Origin: an uncultured delta proteobacterium
Lineage (GTDB): Bacteria > Myxococcota_A > Polyangia > Fen-1088
Assembly (NCBI GenBank): GCA_963767925.1
Contig: CAVYGB010000002.1
Location: 2,112,001 to 2,176,000, forward strand
DNA: 64,000 nucleotides
Reading direction: 5' to 3'
The notes beneath the pieces were generated by a model. The model did not search any database. It had not been told where the DNA came from and saw only the letters and a list, made by a program, of their open reading frames with translations. Shown here one piece after another: positions 1 through 9,988 of the stretch (within the stretch, counting starts at the first letter, position 1; each line of letters begins with the position of its first letter). Position numbers and translations under genes: made by a program.

Positions 1-1227
1 GAATACAAGCTCATGGGCCTGGCCCCCTATGGCCAGCCTCGATACGCGTCGCTCATCCTCGAAGAGCTAGTCGATCTGCGGGAGGATGGTTCCTTCGCCC
101 TCAACCAGGACTATTTCGACTACTGCGGTGGGCTCCGCATGACCACGCCCCGGTTCGACGCCCTCTTCGGTGGCCCGCCGCGCGATCCGGACGCTCCGCT
201 GACCCAGCGGGACATGGATCTGGCGGCCTCGATCCAGGCTGTCACGGAAGAGGTCGTGCTCCGACTGGCCCGGTACCTGGCGCGCAGGACCGGGATGAAG
301 CGACTCTGCCTGGCTGGTGGTGTTGCTCTCAACTGCGTCGCCTCCGGCAAGGTGCTGCGCGCCCGAACCTTCGACGACCTCTGGATCCAGCCAGCCGCCG
401 GAGACGCCGGTGGCGCGCTGGGCGCCGCGCTGTTCGCGCATCACCACCTGACGGGCGCGCCGCGCAGTTCCGGACCCCAGGACTCGATGCTGGGTGCTTA
501 CCTGGGCCCCGCCTTCAGCGATGCCGAGATTGCCACGCGCCTGAAGGCCATTGGGGCCCGTTTCGAGACCTGCGGCGAAGCAGAGCTGGTGGTCGAGACG
601 GTGGAGGGGCTGATGGCGGGAAAGGCGGTCGGGTGGTTCCAGGGACGTATGGAGTTCGGCCCCCGGGCGCTGGGGGCCCGATCGATCCTCGCTGACGCCC
701 GTTCACCGGTCATGCAGAAGCGGCTCAACCTCAAGGTGAAGTTCCGGGAGTCCTTCCGGCCGTTCGCCCCCATGGTACTCGCCGAGGATGTGCAGGACTG
801 GTTCGATCTGGATCGACCCAGCCCTTACATGCTGCTGGTGGCGGAGGTCGCCCAATCGCGCCGGCGAGAGATGAGCCCCGCGGAGCGACAGCTGTTCGGC
901 ATCGATCAGCTCAACGTGCCGCGCTCGCAGATCCCCGCGGTCACCCACGTCGACTACTCGGCGCGAATCCAGACTGTCCAGGCCGCCACCAACCCGCTTT
1001 GCCATCGCCTGCTCTCCGAGTTCAAACGACGCACCGGCTGCCCGGTGCTCGTCAACACGAGCTTCAACGTGCGCGGCGAACCGATCGTCCAGGAACCGGA
1101 GGAAGCCTTTCGCTGTTTCATGGGCACCGACCTGGATCTTCTGGCCATTGGCTCTCATCTGTTGCGCAAGGAGGACCAGGATCCCGCCCTGACCTCCAAC
1201 TATCGGCACCAGGTTCCCCGGGATTGA
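1..1227 (+). CDS. Carbamoyltransferase (NodU/CmcH family), 5'-truncated by window edge
   Basis: Frame open from base 1 (EYKLMGLAPYG); motifs LCLAGGVALNC, QPAAGDAG, GRMEFGPRALGARSILAD, KFRESFRPFAP, NTSFNVRGEPIV. Confidence 0.95.
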   Translation, partial: EYKLMGLAPYGQPRYASLILEELVDLREDGSFALNQDYFDYCGGLRMTTPRFDALFGGPPRDPDAPLTQRDMDLAASIQAVTEEVVLRLARYLARRTGMKRLCLAGGVALNCVASGKVLRARTFDDLWIQPAAGDAGGALGAALFAHHHLTGAPRSSGPQDSMLGAYLGPAFSDAEIATRLKAIGARFETCGEAELVVETVEGLMAGKAVGWFQGRMEFGPRALGARSILADARSPVMQKRLNLKVKFRESFRPFAPMVLAEDVQDWFDLDRPSPYMLLVAEVAQSRRREMSPAERQLFGIDQLNVPRSQIPAVTHVDYSARIQTVQAATNPLCHRLLSEFKRRTGCPVLVNTSFNVRGEPIVQEPEEAFRCFMGTDLDLLAIGSHLLRKEDQDPALTSNYRHQVPRD

Positions 1228-1282
1228 GGCCAGACGATCATCGAAGGAAGGGCATGAACATTCTCAAGCAAGGCCGGAGAGG

Positions 1283-2923
1283 TTGAGGGTCGGTCTCATC
1301 ACCCGACCGGCCAGCCTGGCCAGCCTCGAGCGGGTGTACCGCGACCTGGCCCGGGCAGTCGGTGCGAATCACGAGGTGCGGTCGTGGCCAGTGGCCGTGC
1401 CCATCGACGCCCGCCCCGACGAGATGCCCGACCGTCTGGTGGCCGGGGTAGATGCGCTGGTCGGTGTGCTCGATCCGGCCGTGCTGGAGGCGCGCGCCCG
1501 TATCGGGTCACGGGTTCCCTACCTCCTCTTGCTGCAGGGCCACCTGACCCGGGGTGGGCACGATTTACTCCCGGTCGCCCATCTGCTCCGTAGCACGGAC
1601 GTCCTGGTTGGAAACTGCAGCGCCGACCTGGAGGTCACACGGAGAGTTTTTGCCAACGCCCGGGTGGGACTGGTGCCGTACGCCGTCGATCCGGAGGAGT
1701 TCTATCGATACGATCCGTCGAGGCGCAGGCAGGTCCGGGAGGCGCGCGGCATCGGCCCGCAGGACCGGGTCCTCGCGTACGCCGGACGCATCTCACTGGA
1801 GAAGAATCTCCTCGCCACGCTCCGGATCTTCCGCGTGCTCTGCGACGTCGTCGACGGCGTGCGGCTGGTCGTGGCGGGTCCGATCTCGAACAACCCGTTT
1901 CGAGAATCCGGCGTGCACCCCATCGACCTGCGGACCACGCTCCAGCGCGCGATCGATCGGCTCGGCCTGCCAGCCGAGCGCGTGCATTTCCTCCGCGGTC
2001 TGGACGGCCCGGGCACGCGCGATTTGTACAACCTGGCTGATGTCTTCGTGAACATGACCCTGCATCACGACGAGAACTTCGGCTACGGGCAGGTCGAAGC
2101 CATGCTCTGCAGCACCCCGGTGGTGGGTACCAGCTGGGGCGGGCTGAAGGACACCATCGCTCATGGGGTGGGTGGATACCAGGTGAGCAGCGCCCTCACC
2201 GAGTCCGGGGTGAAGGTCAACTGGTGGGAAGCCGCGGACCGAATTGCCGCCATCCTTCTGGACGCCGACCTCCGCGCCCGGCTCGGCGAAGACGGTCGTC
2301 TCCACGCCCGCGAGCGGTTCTCGCTGGCCCGCATGCAGGAGGCGCTGGAGGCTCTCCTGCAGGAGTCCACCCGGGATGCAACCCTCGGTGAGCCTCTGCG
2401 CACCACCGAGCTGGGCAGCCGCCTCTGGGGTCGGCACGGCCAGCGACGCCCCCTCTCACCGCTTCCGTACCCCACCCCCTTGCCGCTCTACCGGGAGCTC
2501 ATCGCCCCGTACGCCGGGCTGACCGAAGGGGTCGTCGCTCGGCCCGAGCTCGACGACCCTGGCCTGATCCTGGTGCTGGCCCAGCCGGTCGAGCTGTTCG
2601 ACCACCTGATCAAGGTCGTTGATCCGCTGTATCCCCTCGACATCACCTTGCCGCCCGCGGTTCGCGAACCGGTGAGGCAGCTGATGGTGGCCCTCATCAG
2701 GGCGCCGGCGAGTCGCGCGGTCGATCTGCCCGGGCGCTGTCCCGGCCTCTCGGCCGATGCCCTCGCCGCCGCGGTCGCGTGGTCGAGTCAGCAGGGCCTT
2801 CTCTTTGCCACCCGATCCCTTGGCGGCCACCTGCAGCCTCGCGCGGTGGGGCCCGCGCTCGGTGTCCCCCTGTTCCGGAGTCGGCCCGCCGAGGTCGACG
2901 ACGACCTGGTCGTGGTCCGATGA
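1283..2923 (+). CDS. GT4 (GT-B) glycosyltransferase with C-terminal extension
   Basis: YAGRISLEKN and ENFGYGQVEAMLCSTPVV (ExFG...EA) motifs; TTG start after GGAGAGG. Confidence 0.85.
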   Translation: MRVGLITRPASLASLERVYRDLARAVGANHEVRSWPVAVPIDARPDEMPDRLVAGVDALVGVLDPAVLEARARIGSRVPYLLLLQGHLTRGGHDLLPVAHLLRSTDVLVGNCSADLEVTRRVFANARVGLVPYAVDPEEFYRYDPSRRRQVREARGIGPQDRVLAYAGRISLEKNLLATLRIFRVLCDVVDGVRLVVAGPISNNPFRESGVHPIDLRTTLQRAIDRLGLPAERVHFLRGLDGPGTRDLYNLADVFVNMTLHHDENFGYGQVEAMLCSTPVVGTSWGGLKDTIAHGVGGYQVSSALTESGVKVNWWEAADRIAAILLDADLRARLGEDGRLHARERFSLARMQEALEALLQESTRDATLGEPLRTTELGSRLWGRHGQRRPLSPLPYPTPLPLYRELIAPYAGLTEGVVARPELDDPGLILVLAQPVELFDHLIKVVDPLYPLDITLPPAVREPVRQLMVALIRAPASRAVDLPGRCPGLSADALAAAVAWSSQQGLLFATRSLGGHLQPRAVGPALGVPLFRSRPAEVDDDLVVVR

Positions 2924-2975
2924 GCGGCTGTGCGAGCAACCCGGCGGCAAGAGCGGGGGCCCTGGACGGTAGCGC

Positions 2976-3890
2976 GTGCTCTACGGCCGGCTAGCGGGAC
3001 TGGACAAGCCGGTCTCGCGGGCCATCGTAGGCTGCGAGCTCGAGGACGGGACGGAGGTGTGGGACCGGTTCGTCGATCTCGGCGGAAACAGCTTCGACAC
3101 CTCACACGTCTGGCGGGACGGGGCGGGTGAGCGGGCACTGGGGGCCTGGCTGGCCAGCCGGGGCGTCGGCGCGAGCGCGGTGGTGATCGTCAAGGGCGCA
3201 CATCCGCCTTGCTGCGACCCGCACAGTGTCGTGCGCGAACTGTCCGAATCTCTGGATCGGACCGGGCTGAGCGCAGCCGATGTGTACGTGCTCCACCGGG
3301 ACAACCCCGATATCCCGGTCGGCGAATTCGTGGACGTCCTGAACCAGCTGTGCGACGAGGGGCTGATCGGCATCTTCGGCGCATCCAACTTCACGGCGCA
3401 GCGATTCAGCGAGGCGAACGACTACGCGGTCCGCCATCAGAAACGCCCTTTCCGCGTACTGAGCAACCACTTCTCCCTGGCCACCATGGAGGCGCCAATC
3501 TCCCCCGGTGTCCGGAGCGCCATGGATCCCATCACCCGGGCCTTCCTGAGCCAGAGCCAGACGCCGCTCTTCGCCTGGTCGAGCCTGGCGCGCGGCTACT
3601 TTCACGCCCGGACTCCCAACCGGCTCCCGGAGGGGCGGGATCGGGCGGAGCGGTTCTTCGACAGTCCCGAGAACCGGGAGCGTCGGCGTCGTGCCGCCGA
3701 GCTCGGATCGCACAGAGGGCTCACCGCCGCTCAGATTGCGACCGCCTACGTCCTGAATCAGCCGTTTCCGTCGTTTGCCGTGCTGGGGCCACGCACCGTA
3801 GGCCAGGTCGACGACTGCCTGGCAGGCGTCGGCGTGGACCTGACGCCCGCCGAGCTGGCCTGGCTGGGGCTTGCTCGCCCGGAACGTTGA
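2976..3890 (+). CDS. Aldo/keto reductase
   Basis: FDTSHVW, DVYVLHRD, FGASNF, AWSSLARG, GPRTVGQV motifs. Confidence 0.9.
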   Translation: MLYGRLAGLDKPVSRAIVGCELEDGTEVWDRFVDLGGNSFDTSHVWRDGAGERALGAWLASRGVGASAVVIVKGAHPPCCDPHSVVRELSESLDRTGLSAADVYVLHRDNPDIPVGEFVDVLNQLCDEGLIGIFGASNFTAQRFSEANDYAVRHQKRPFRVLSNHFSLATMEAPISPGVRSAMDPITRAFLSQSQTPLFAWSSLARGYFHARTPNRLPEGRDRAERFFDSPENRERRRRAAELGSHRGLTAAQIATAYVLNQPFPSFAVLGPRTVGQVDDCLAGVGVDLTPAELAWLGLARPER

Positions 3891-3894
3891 AGCC

Positions 3895-5259
3895 TCAGCT
3901 CAGCTGCTGATTAATCTGCCGGGCAACATGCGCGCTGAGGGCCAGCGTGGTCAGGGTAGGATTGGCCGCGCCGGCCCGCGGGAAGAGGCAGGGACCGACC
4001 ACGAACACGCCTGGGAGCTGGCGAAGCTCGCCCGTCACGTCGACCAGCTCACCACCCAGCGGAAGCGTGCACGCGTCGTGATCGATGGTTCCCAGGGGGC
4101 ACCGATACCCGACCGCCACGCCCGGTTCGGCCAGCGCCATCTTCATTGCTGCGTCGAAGTCGGGCGGGCCGCCCGCGCTCCCCTCTCCACCAAGCGGGAT
4201 CCCGAGCGTGCCGCTCAGCTCGAGCAGCCAGCTGCGCTGATCTGCCAGGATCCTTTCGTCGGCAGCCGTGGGCTCGACCGAAACGACGAGGTCCTGCGCC
4301 GGTGAAACGAAGCGGACGGTGGCCGTCGGTCCGGGGAGTTGCTCGCCCATGGTCCAGGCGTCCACGACAGTCTGCTCGCCAATGCGATGGACCTCCAGGA
4401 AGCGGTTGATCCGGTGCGGTTGGTCCCGGCCCAGCAGGATCGAGGCTTCCTCGTTGCCGGGCGACGCGCTCCCTTCTGGACGCACGCAGACCCATCCCTG
4501 TGAGTGGTGGTCCACGATGGGATACGGCCGTTCGATCCCGGTGAGCCATGACACCAGCCGCGCATTTTCGAGGGCGCCGGTGGCCAGCACCACCGCTGCC
4601 GCGGACACCCGTTCCATCCCCGCGGGCCCTTCCAGCGTCGCCTCGAATCCCCCGATTCGCCCCGTGAGGCCTCTGAGACTCCGGCTGGACAGGACCGGGA
4701 TGGACCCGATCTCCTCGAGCGGCGAATACGCCGTCCAGAATCCGCCGTCCAGCGGGCGAGCCGCCCGTGGCGTGGGCGTCGCTCCTTCCAGGCCCAGCTC
4801 CCGCAGGCGCCGCAGCCAGGAGATCTCGCTGGCGTTGCGGGGCGCGGCCAGAGGGCGTCCCGACCACGCCGTCAGACGTCGTTCCACGCCGGCGTAACCG
4901 CCCGGGCTCTCCGGATCGCCGTCTTGCAGGGCCTGCTGTAACTCCCGGGGCCAGTCCGCGAGAGCGAAACCTTCCAGTCGTAGAACGATGCCCCGCCAGT
5001 AGAGGGATCGGCCCCCCACTCTCAACCTCGACCCTGCCCGAGGTCCATAGTGGATGGCGCTCGCGTCGCGCTGCCATGGGCGAAAGTGTGGATCGTGGCC
5101 GGGATCCATCCACGACCGCGTCGCTTCGGCCGCCGCGATGTGCGCAGTGGGTGCGGCTGGACCGAGGTCGCTGATCAGGACGGGCACCCCGCGCCGGCGC
5201 AATTCGCCGGCGACGGCTGCCCCGCTCATGCCGCAGCCCATGACCAGCACCGGATTCAT
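3895..5259 (-). CDS. FAD-dependent GMC-family oxidoreductase
   Basis: N-terminal VLVMGCGMSG Rossmann motif, VGGRSLYW, LATGALENARL, C-terminal FPRAGAANPTLTTLAL. Confidence 0.85.
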   Translation of the reverse strand: MNPVLVMGCGMSGAAVAGELRRRGVPVLISDLGPAAPTAHIAAAEATRSWMDPGHDPHFRPWQRDASAIHYGPRAGSRLRVGGRSLYWRGIVLRLEGFALADWPRELQQALQDGDPESPGGYAGVERRLTAWSGRPLAAPRNASEISWLRRLRELGLEGATPTPRAARPLDGGFWTAYSPLEEIGSIPVLSSRSLRGLTGRIGGFEATLEGPAGMERVSAAAVVLATGALENARLVSWLTGIERPYPIVDHHSQGWVCVRPEGSASPGNEEASILLGRDQPHRINRFLEVHRIGEQTVVDAWTMGEQLPGPTATVRFVSPAQDLVVSVEPTAADERILADQRSWLLELSGTLGIPLGGEGSAGGPPDFDAAMKMALAEPGVAVGYRCPLGTIDHDACTLPLGGELVDVTGELRQLPGVFVVGPCLFPRAGAANPTLTTLALSAHVARQINQQLS

Positions 5260-5379
5260 TTTGAATGCTCGAGGGCCAGACTAACCGGCGTTTGGTGGGT
5301 CCCTCCGCCGCTAAACGCTCCAGAACGAAGGAGCCGATCTCAGCGGTCGCGTGCTGTCGCCAGAGTTAGGATATCCGCC

Positions 5380-6174
5380 ATGCAGACGTCACCGTGGAGC
5401 GGGTTGTACGAGCGCATGTTGCGCGCGCCATCCCCGGCCGATCTCTTCGACCGGGTCCGACACGAAGGCCGGCGCTTCGTCCTGGTCACCGGCTGCCAGC
5501 GCAGCGGGACTTCCTGGATGCGCAAGCTCCTGGCCCAGGCCCTTCCCGGGGCGGCCGCCCCCAAGGAGCTGGAGGCTGGAAAATTTCTGATCGATGGAGA
5601 CCCCCTCGACCTGCCTGGAGCGTCGATCGTCGTGCTGCAGACGACGTTCGCAAATACCTACCCAGATTGTTTCGCGCGTTTGCCCGCGACTGTGCCAGTC
5701 ATTCTGCTTCTGCGTAACCCATATTCCGTGTGCCGTTCCCTGGTCTACAACTGGGACAGTCTCGACGTGGAGCACGCGCACCGGAGCGGAGATCCCGCCC
5801 GCGTGCTCAGCTTGCCAACGGACCTGGACCGGTGGAACGCAGCCATCTCCATCTATTGCCAGAGCGCCCGCGCTGCCCAGCAGATCGTGCGGGAGCGACC
5901 GACGTCGACCCGGTTGGTGGTCTACGACGATTTCGTCCACCACGTCTCGGAGGGCCTGGCGCAGCTGGCCGGCTTCCTCGGGTACCCCCCGCCGACCGGC
6001 GTCCCGGGAGCTCCCGTCGATGTGTCCACGCTCGACAAGCAGCGGTCGCTGCCGCCCGCGTTCCGAGAGCTCGTCACCGAGAGCTGTCTGCCTCTTTTCG
6101 ACAGGTTGCTGGCGGAGTCGCGCGCCTCAGGGGCTCAGCTGTCGATCGGCGCGGCTCGACCGCGCCTGTCGTAA
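5380..6174 (+). CDS. Sulfotransferase (Sulfotransfer_3-like)
   Basis: 5'-PSB motif VTGCQRSGTSW, 3'-PB motif LLRNPYSVCRS, YDDFV; ATG 5380 chosen within the longer ORF. Confidence 0.8.
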   Translation: MQTSPWSGLYERMLRAPSPADLFDRVRHEGRRFVLVTGCQRSGTSWMRKLLAQALPGAAAPKELEAGKFLIDGDPLDLPGASIVVLQTTFANTYPDCFARLPATVPVILLLRNPYSVCRSLVYNWDSLDVEHAHRSGDPARVLSLPTDLDRWNAAISIYCQSARAAQQIVRERPTSTRLVVYDDFVHHVSEGLAQLAGFLGYPPPTGVPGAPVDVSTLDKQRSLPPAFRELVTESCLPLFDRLLAESRASGAQLSIGAARPRLS

Positions 6175-6243
6175 CAGAGCGTAGTCGGCCTCGTCGGTGC
6201 GACCCTCTGGCTCCGCGAGAGGCCCTTCGCGTCGGGGCTCGCC

Positions 6244-7443
6244 TCACTCCCCGAGTCCGGCACCCCGCAGCGCGAGCTGGTTCGGTCCGACGTTCCGGAG
6301 CAACTCGACGATCCGGGCGCTTGCCCGTCCGTCCCCGTAGGGGTTGCTGATCCGGCTCATGGCCTGGTAGTGAATTTCGTCTTCCAGGAGGCGTTGGACC
6401 TCCTCGAAGATGCGCTCGGGCCGCGTGCCCACGACCCGCGCCGTACCCGCCTCCACCGGTTCGGGCCGCTCCGTGTCATCCCTGGCCACCAGCACCGGCC
6501 GGCCCAGCAAAGGCGCCTCCTCCTGCACCCCTCCCGAATCGGTCAGCACGAGATGAGCGCGCTTCAGGAGATAGACGAAAGCCAGATATTCGGCTGGACC
6601 GACCAGATGGATGCGGCTGCGACATCCGGCCGGAGCGGCGGAGAGCATCTCCCGGACCGGAGCGTGCACCTGTGGATTCAGGTGGATCGGCCAGAGCAGA
6701 TCGGTATCCGGAAAATACTGGACGATGTCAATCAGTGCCCGGCAGATGTTCTGGACCGGCTCTCCGAAGTTTTCGCGGCGATGGGCCGTCACCAGAATGA
6801 GCCGCCTGTTGCGGTCCAGGAAGGCGAACTCCTTGTCGAGCGCCTCGACCAGCGAGTGATCGTTGTCCAGCGATCGGGACATGTGCAGCAGGGCGTCGAC
6901 CCCGGTGTTCCCCGTGAGGTGAATTCGTTCTGGAGGGATCCCTTCGCCGACCAGATTGTCGCGGGCGGTGACGCTGGGAGCGAAGTGTACGTCAGCCAGG
7001 CCGGCGATGAGCTTGCGGTTCACCTCCTCGGGCCAGGGCGAGTATTTGTTGCCGGTTCGTAGCCCTGCCTCGACGTGCCCGATGTTCGCCCGTGCATAGA
7101 AGGCGGCCATCGCGCCCGCCATGGCGCTGGTTGTATCCCCCTGGACGAGAACCCACTCCGGGCGGAAATCGCGTAGCACGGGCGCCATTTTGAGCAAAGC
7201 CCCGGTCGTCACGTCGGCCAAGCTCTGGTCGGTCCGCATCAGATCCAGGTCGAAGTGGGGCTTGAGCGAGAACAGCGTCAGCACCTGGTCGACCATGAAA
7301 CGCTGCTGGCCGGTGACACAGAGGGCGTACTCGAACTCGGGGTGCGATTCGAGCGCCTTGCACAGGAGCGCCATCTTGATCGCTTCCGGCCGGGTGCCAA
7401 CCACAACCAGGACTCGCGTCCGCGAGAGCGAGTTTTTGCTCAT
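6244..7443 (-). CDS. wecB: UDP-N-acetylglucosamine 2-epimerase (non-hydrolysing)
   Basis: GTRPEAIKMA, VQGDTTSA, HVEAGLRT, TAHRREN, TDSGGVQEEAP, NPYGDGRAS. Confidence 0.95.
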   Translation of the reverse strand: MSKNSLSRTRVLVVVGTRPEAIKMALLCKALESHPEFEYALCVTGQQRFMVDQVLTLFSLKPHFDLDLMRTDQSLADVTTGALLKMAPVLRDFRPEWVLVQGDTTSAMAGAMAAFYARANIGHVEAGLRTGNKYSPWPEEVNRKLIAGLADVHFAPSVTARDNLVGEGIPPERIHLTGNTGVDALLHMSRSLDNDHSLVEALDKEFAFLDRNRRLILVTAHRRENFGEPVQNICRALIDIVQYFPDTDLLWPIHLNPQVHAPVREMLSAAPAGCRSRIHLVGPAEYLAFVYLLKRAHLVLTDSGGVQEEAPLLGRPVLVARDDTERPEPVEAGTARVVGTRPERIFEEVQRLLEDEIHYQAMSRISNPYGDGRASARIVELLRNVGPNQLALRGAGLGE

Positions 7444-7621
7444 TGAAGTCCTGGAGCCATCTCGGGCGATGATCGGCTGTCGGACAACGCTTGGCCATGC
7501 AGCAAAAGACGGCGCGGTATTCCCCAGGATGACGGCGGTGTCGACGGTCAGCGGCCTCGACTGTCGCACTTGACGGCACCCGGAAGGATGGCCCGCCCGG
7601 TAGTGTCGGAGGCGAACCACC

Positions 7622-8476
7622 ATGGCGACGCTGGAGATCACCACCCGGATCGGCTGCAGGGTCGCCTGCTCCTTTTGCCCGCAGAGCAAGCTGAAGAGCG
7701 CCTACCCGAGGGGCCAGCCGCGGTTGATGAGCTTCGAGGTCTTTCGGTCCTGCCTCGACAAGCTGCCGGTCCCGGTGAATATCGACTTTTCCGGGATGGC
7801 CGAACCCTGGCTCAATCCCGAGTGCACCCGGATGCTGTTGCACGCACATGAGCGCGGGCATGTCATCGGCGTCTATACCACCCTCGAGGGGATGGCCGTC
7901 GAGGATGTGCGAGCGATCGAGCACGTACCTTTCCGGGCCTTCGAGGTGCACCTGCCCTCAGCGGTTGGCAGCGAGAAGATCGTGCTCGATGAAACCTACC
8001 GGGCAGTCTTCGAGGAAATCAAGAGGAGTCGCATCGCCGCGAACTACCACTTTTTCGAGAAAGAAGTCGATCCCACTCTCGGGGTACAACTCTTGAAGAA
8101 GCCGAGCCTGCGCCGAAAGCACACTCGAGCCGGAAATGTGGCCGTCATGGGCGTGCCGGCGCCCACACGCGCCCGGAACCGCGGCGTCCTCGCCTGCCGA
8201 CGAAAGCTCGACTACAACGTTCTGCTGCCGAATGGCGACGTGGTCCTGTGTTGCATGGACTACGGCCGTGAGCACGTTCTCGGCAACCTGCTTCAGTCGG
8301 AATACCGATCGCTCTTCCGCAGCGAAGCCTTCAAGCGGGTGGAGCAGGGGCTCTCTGATGAATCGCTGCAGACTCTGTGCCGTAGCTGCGAGCGACACGT
8401 CTATCAGCCATCGCCCGAGGAAGAGCTGGAGAGGGCGCTCGTTACCAATCCCAATCTCTCTTACCCGAACGCATGA
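7622..8476 (+). CDS. Radical SAM protein with C-terminal SPASM/twitch domain
   Basis: CRVACSFC cluster motif, FSGMAEPWLN, GDVVLCCMDY...LGNL...CRSC. Confidence 0.85.
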   Translation: MATLEITTRIGCRVACSFCPQSKLKSAYPRGQPRLMSFEVFRSCLDKLPVPVNIDFSGMAEPWLNPECTRMLLHAHERGHVIGVYTTLEGMAVEDVRAIEHVPFRAFEVHLPSAVGSEKIVLDETYRAVFEEIKRSRIAANYHFFEKEVDPTLGVQLLKKPSLRRKHTRAGNVAVMGVPAPTRARNRGVLACRRKLDYNVLLPNGDVVLCCMDYGREHVLGNLLQSEYRSLFRSEAFKRVEQGLSDESLQTLCRSCERHVYQPSPEEELERALVTNPNLSYPNA

Positions 8477-8547
8477 CTGGCGTCCAAGGTAGCTTGCCCC
8501 TCGCGCTTGTCCGAAGTTCCCACGAGTGAGGGATCTCCGGTAGCCCG

Positions 8548-9309
8548 TCACGGACGTTCGCCATTCTGGAACCGGTTCCACATCTCGAGCGCGACCGTGC
8601 TCGGGTCCGGGACATCCGCAAAGCGGGCGCAGAAGCGGCCCACGTTCTCGACATCGCGTCGCAGGAACGACAGCGCGTTGCCGTTGAAGCGGGGATCGAC
8701 GGATTGGGGAAAATCTATGATCCGATAGGCGTGCCCGCTCCACAAGATGTTGTAGGGCGACAGATCGGCATGCAGGACGTCGAGCCAGAGCATGTGCTCG
8801 ATGTCCGCAAGGAGCCCCTCGAAGAGCGAAGCGGCTTGTTGCGGCGTGAGCCGCGCACTCGCGAGAGGGGCCGCGACACCGCCCTCGCCGTCGTCACACA
8901 GCTCCATCAGGATGGCGCGGTCGGCAGCATGAACGGGCTCGGGAACGTGCAGGCCCGCGGCGTGGAGACGGCACAGGACCTCCCATTCGCGCGTGGTCCA
9001 GGTCGCCTCCTGCACGCTCCGGCCGAAGCGCGAACCGTGGCGGAGCGCGCGGGCGGCGCGGGTGTTGCCGCCACCCATCCGGGAGAGGAGGTCGCCCTCC
9101 CGGTAGCAGGCGTCGTTCTTGAACGCGCGGCGTGCCCGCGGGCGGTACACCTTGAGCGCGAGCTGCTCGTGACCGCTCGCCGCGGTTCCTCGGCAGCGAT
9201 ACACGGTCGCTTCCTTCCCGCTCTTGATGGGCTCGCAGACTTCGGAGATGAGATCGAGATCCATGAAAGGGGCGATGCTGGCGTCGAGGTCGGTGTTGTC
9301 GGTGGACAT
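8548..9309 (-). CDS. RIO1-family atypical protein kinase
   Basis: KSGKEATVY, ALKVYR, LHADLSPYNIL, IIDFPQSVD, RRDVENV. Confidence 0.9.
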   Translation of the reverse strand: MSTDNTDLDASIAPFMDLDLISEVCEPIKSGKEATVYRCRGTAASGHEQLALKVYRPRARRAFKNDACYREGDLLSRMGGGNTRAARALRHGSRFGRSVQEATWTTREWEVLCRLHAAGLHVPEPVHAADRAILMELCDDGEGGVAAPLASARLTPQQAASLFEGLLADIEHMLWLDVLHADLSPYNILWSGHAYRIIDFPQSVDPRFNGNALSFLRRDVENVGRFCARFADVPDPSTVALEMWNRFQNGERP

Positions 9310-9988
9310 GGAGGAGCTCCGAGACGGGGGAGGGCCCGGTAAGCGGTCCGCTTGCCGAAGCCCCGCTCCCGGGAACGGTTTGTACCCATGCACGCAGCGA
9401 CGCTCGCTCGGGCCGCGGAGAGATCAACCGCGGCGCCGGCGTCGACTCGCCACGCGCTTTCAGCGCGCCTCGGTCGGCCTGGATTCAGGGACCGTCGTGG
9501 TCCCGCAGCTCAGGCGGAGAGAAGGCACACGAGAGCAAGGACAGTGGGGTGGGTCATCGCGCGCCTCCTTTCGTGATCCGGATACCCGCAATGGAGCGGA
9601 GAACCAATTGAGCTCATACAGCATGGCCCTACTCGCGGGCCGGCGCAAGCTGATTCCGTCCTCCGCCTGGAGCGGGGCGGGTCGCTAGAGCGAGATTACA
9701 AGTCGCCCGGGCGAGACGCCGCCCTATGCGGCACCAGCCCGGCGCCTCGTAGGTGTAGCGTCGGCGCGTGCCAATCAACATGGAGAGCGACTGGCGGGAA
9801 GCGATCGCGCCCGAAGGAGGGTCGGTCCTGCGGTAACCGGCGCCTCGGGTCGCGAATGAGCCCCGGTCCTTCGAGGAGCGCGCGCGTCCTCGAGCATCTG
9901 CGAAGGCCGTGTTCCGCCGACGCACCGGTCGGCCAGGACGATAGACGTCCTTGAGAGTGAAGTCGCCGCCAAGGGAGGTTCCAGGTCC

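Noticed and set aside
5279..5372. Possible integron attC (CTAAC...GTTAGG)
   Set aside because: Core sites do not fit RYYYAAC/GTTRRRY, there is no clear internal palindrome, the flanking genes are divergent and no integrase is present
9400..9988. Long intergenic gap possibly holding an ncRNA or peptide
   Set aside because: Only short ORFs without convincing RBS and generic GC hairpins; no recognisable RNA family
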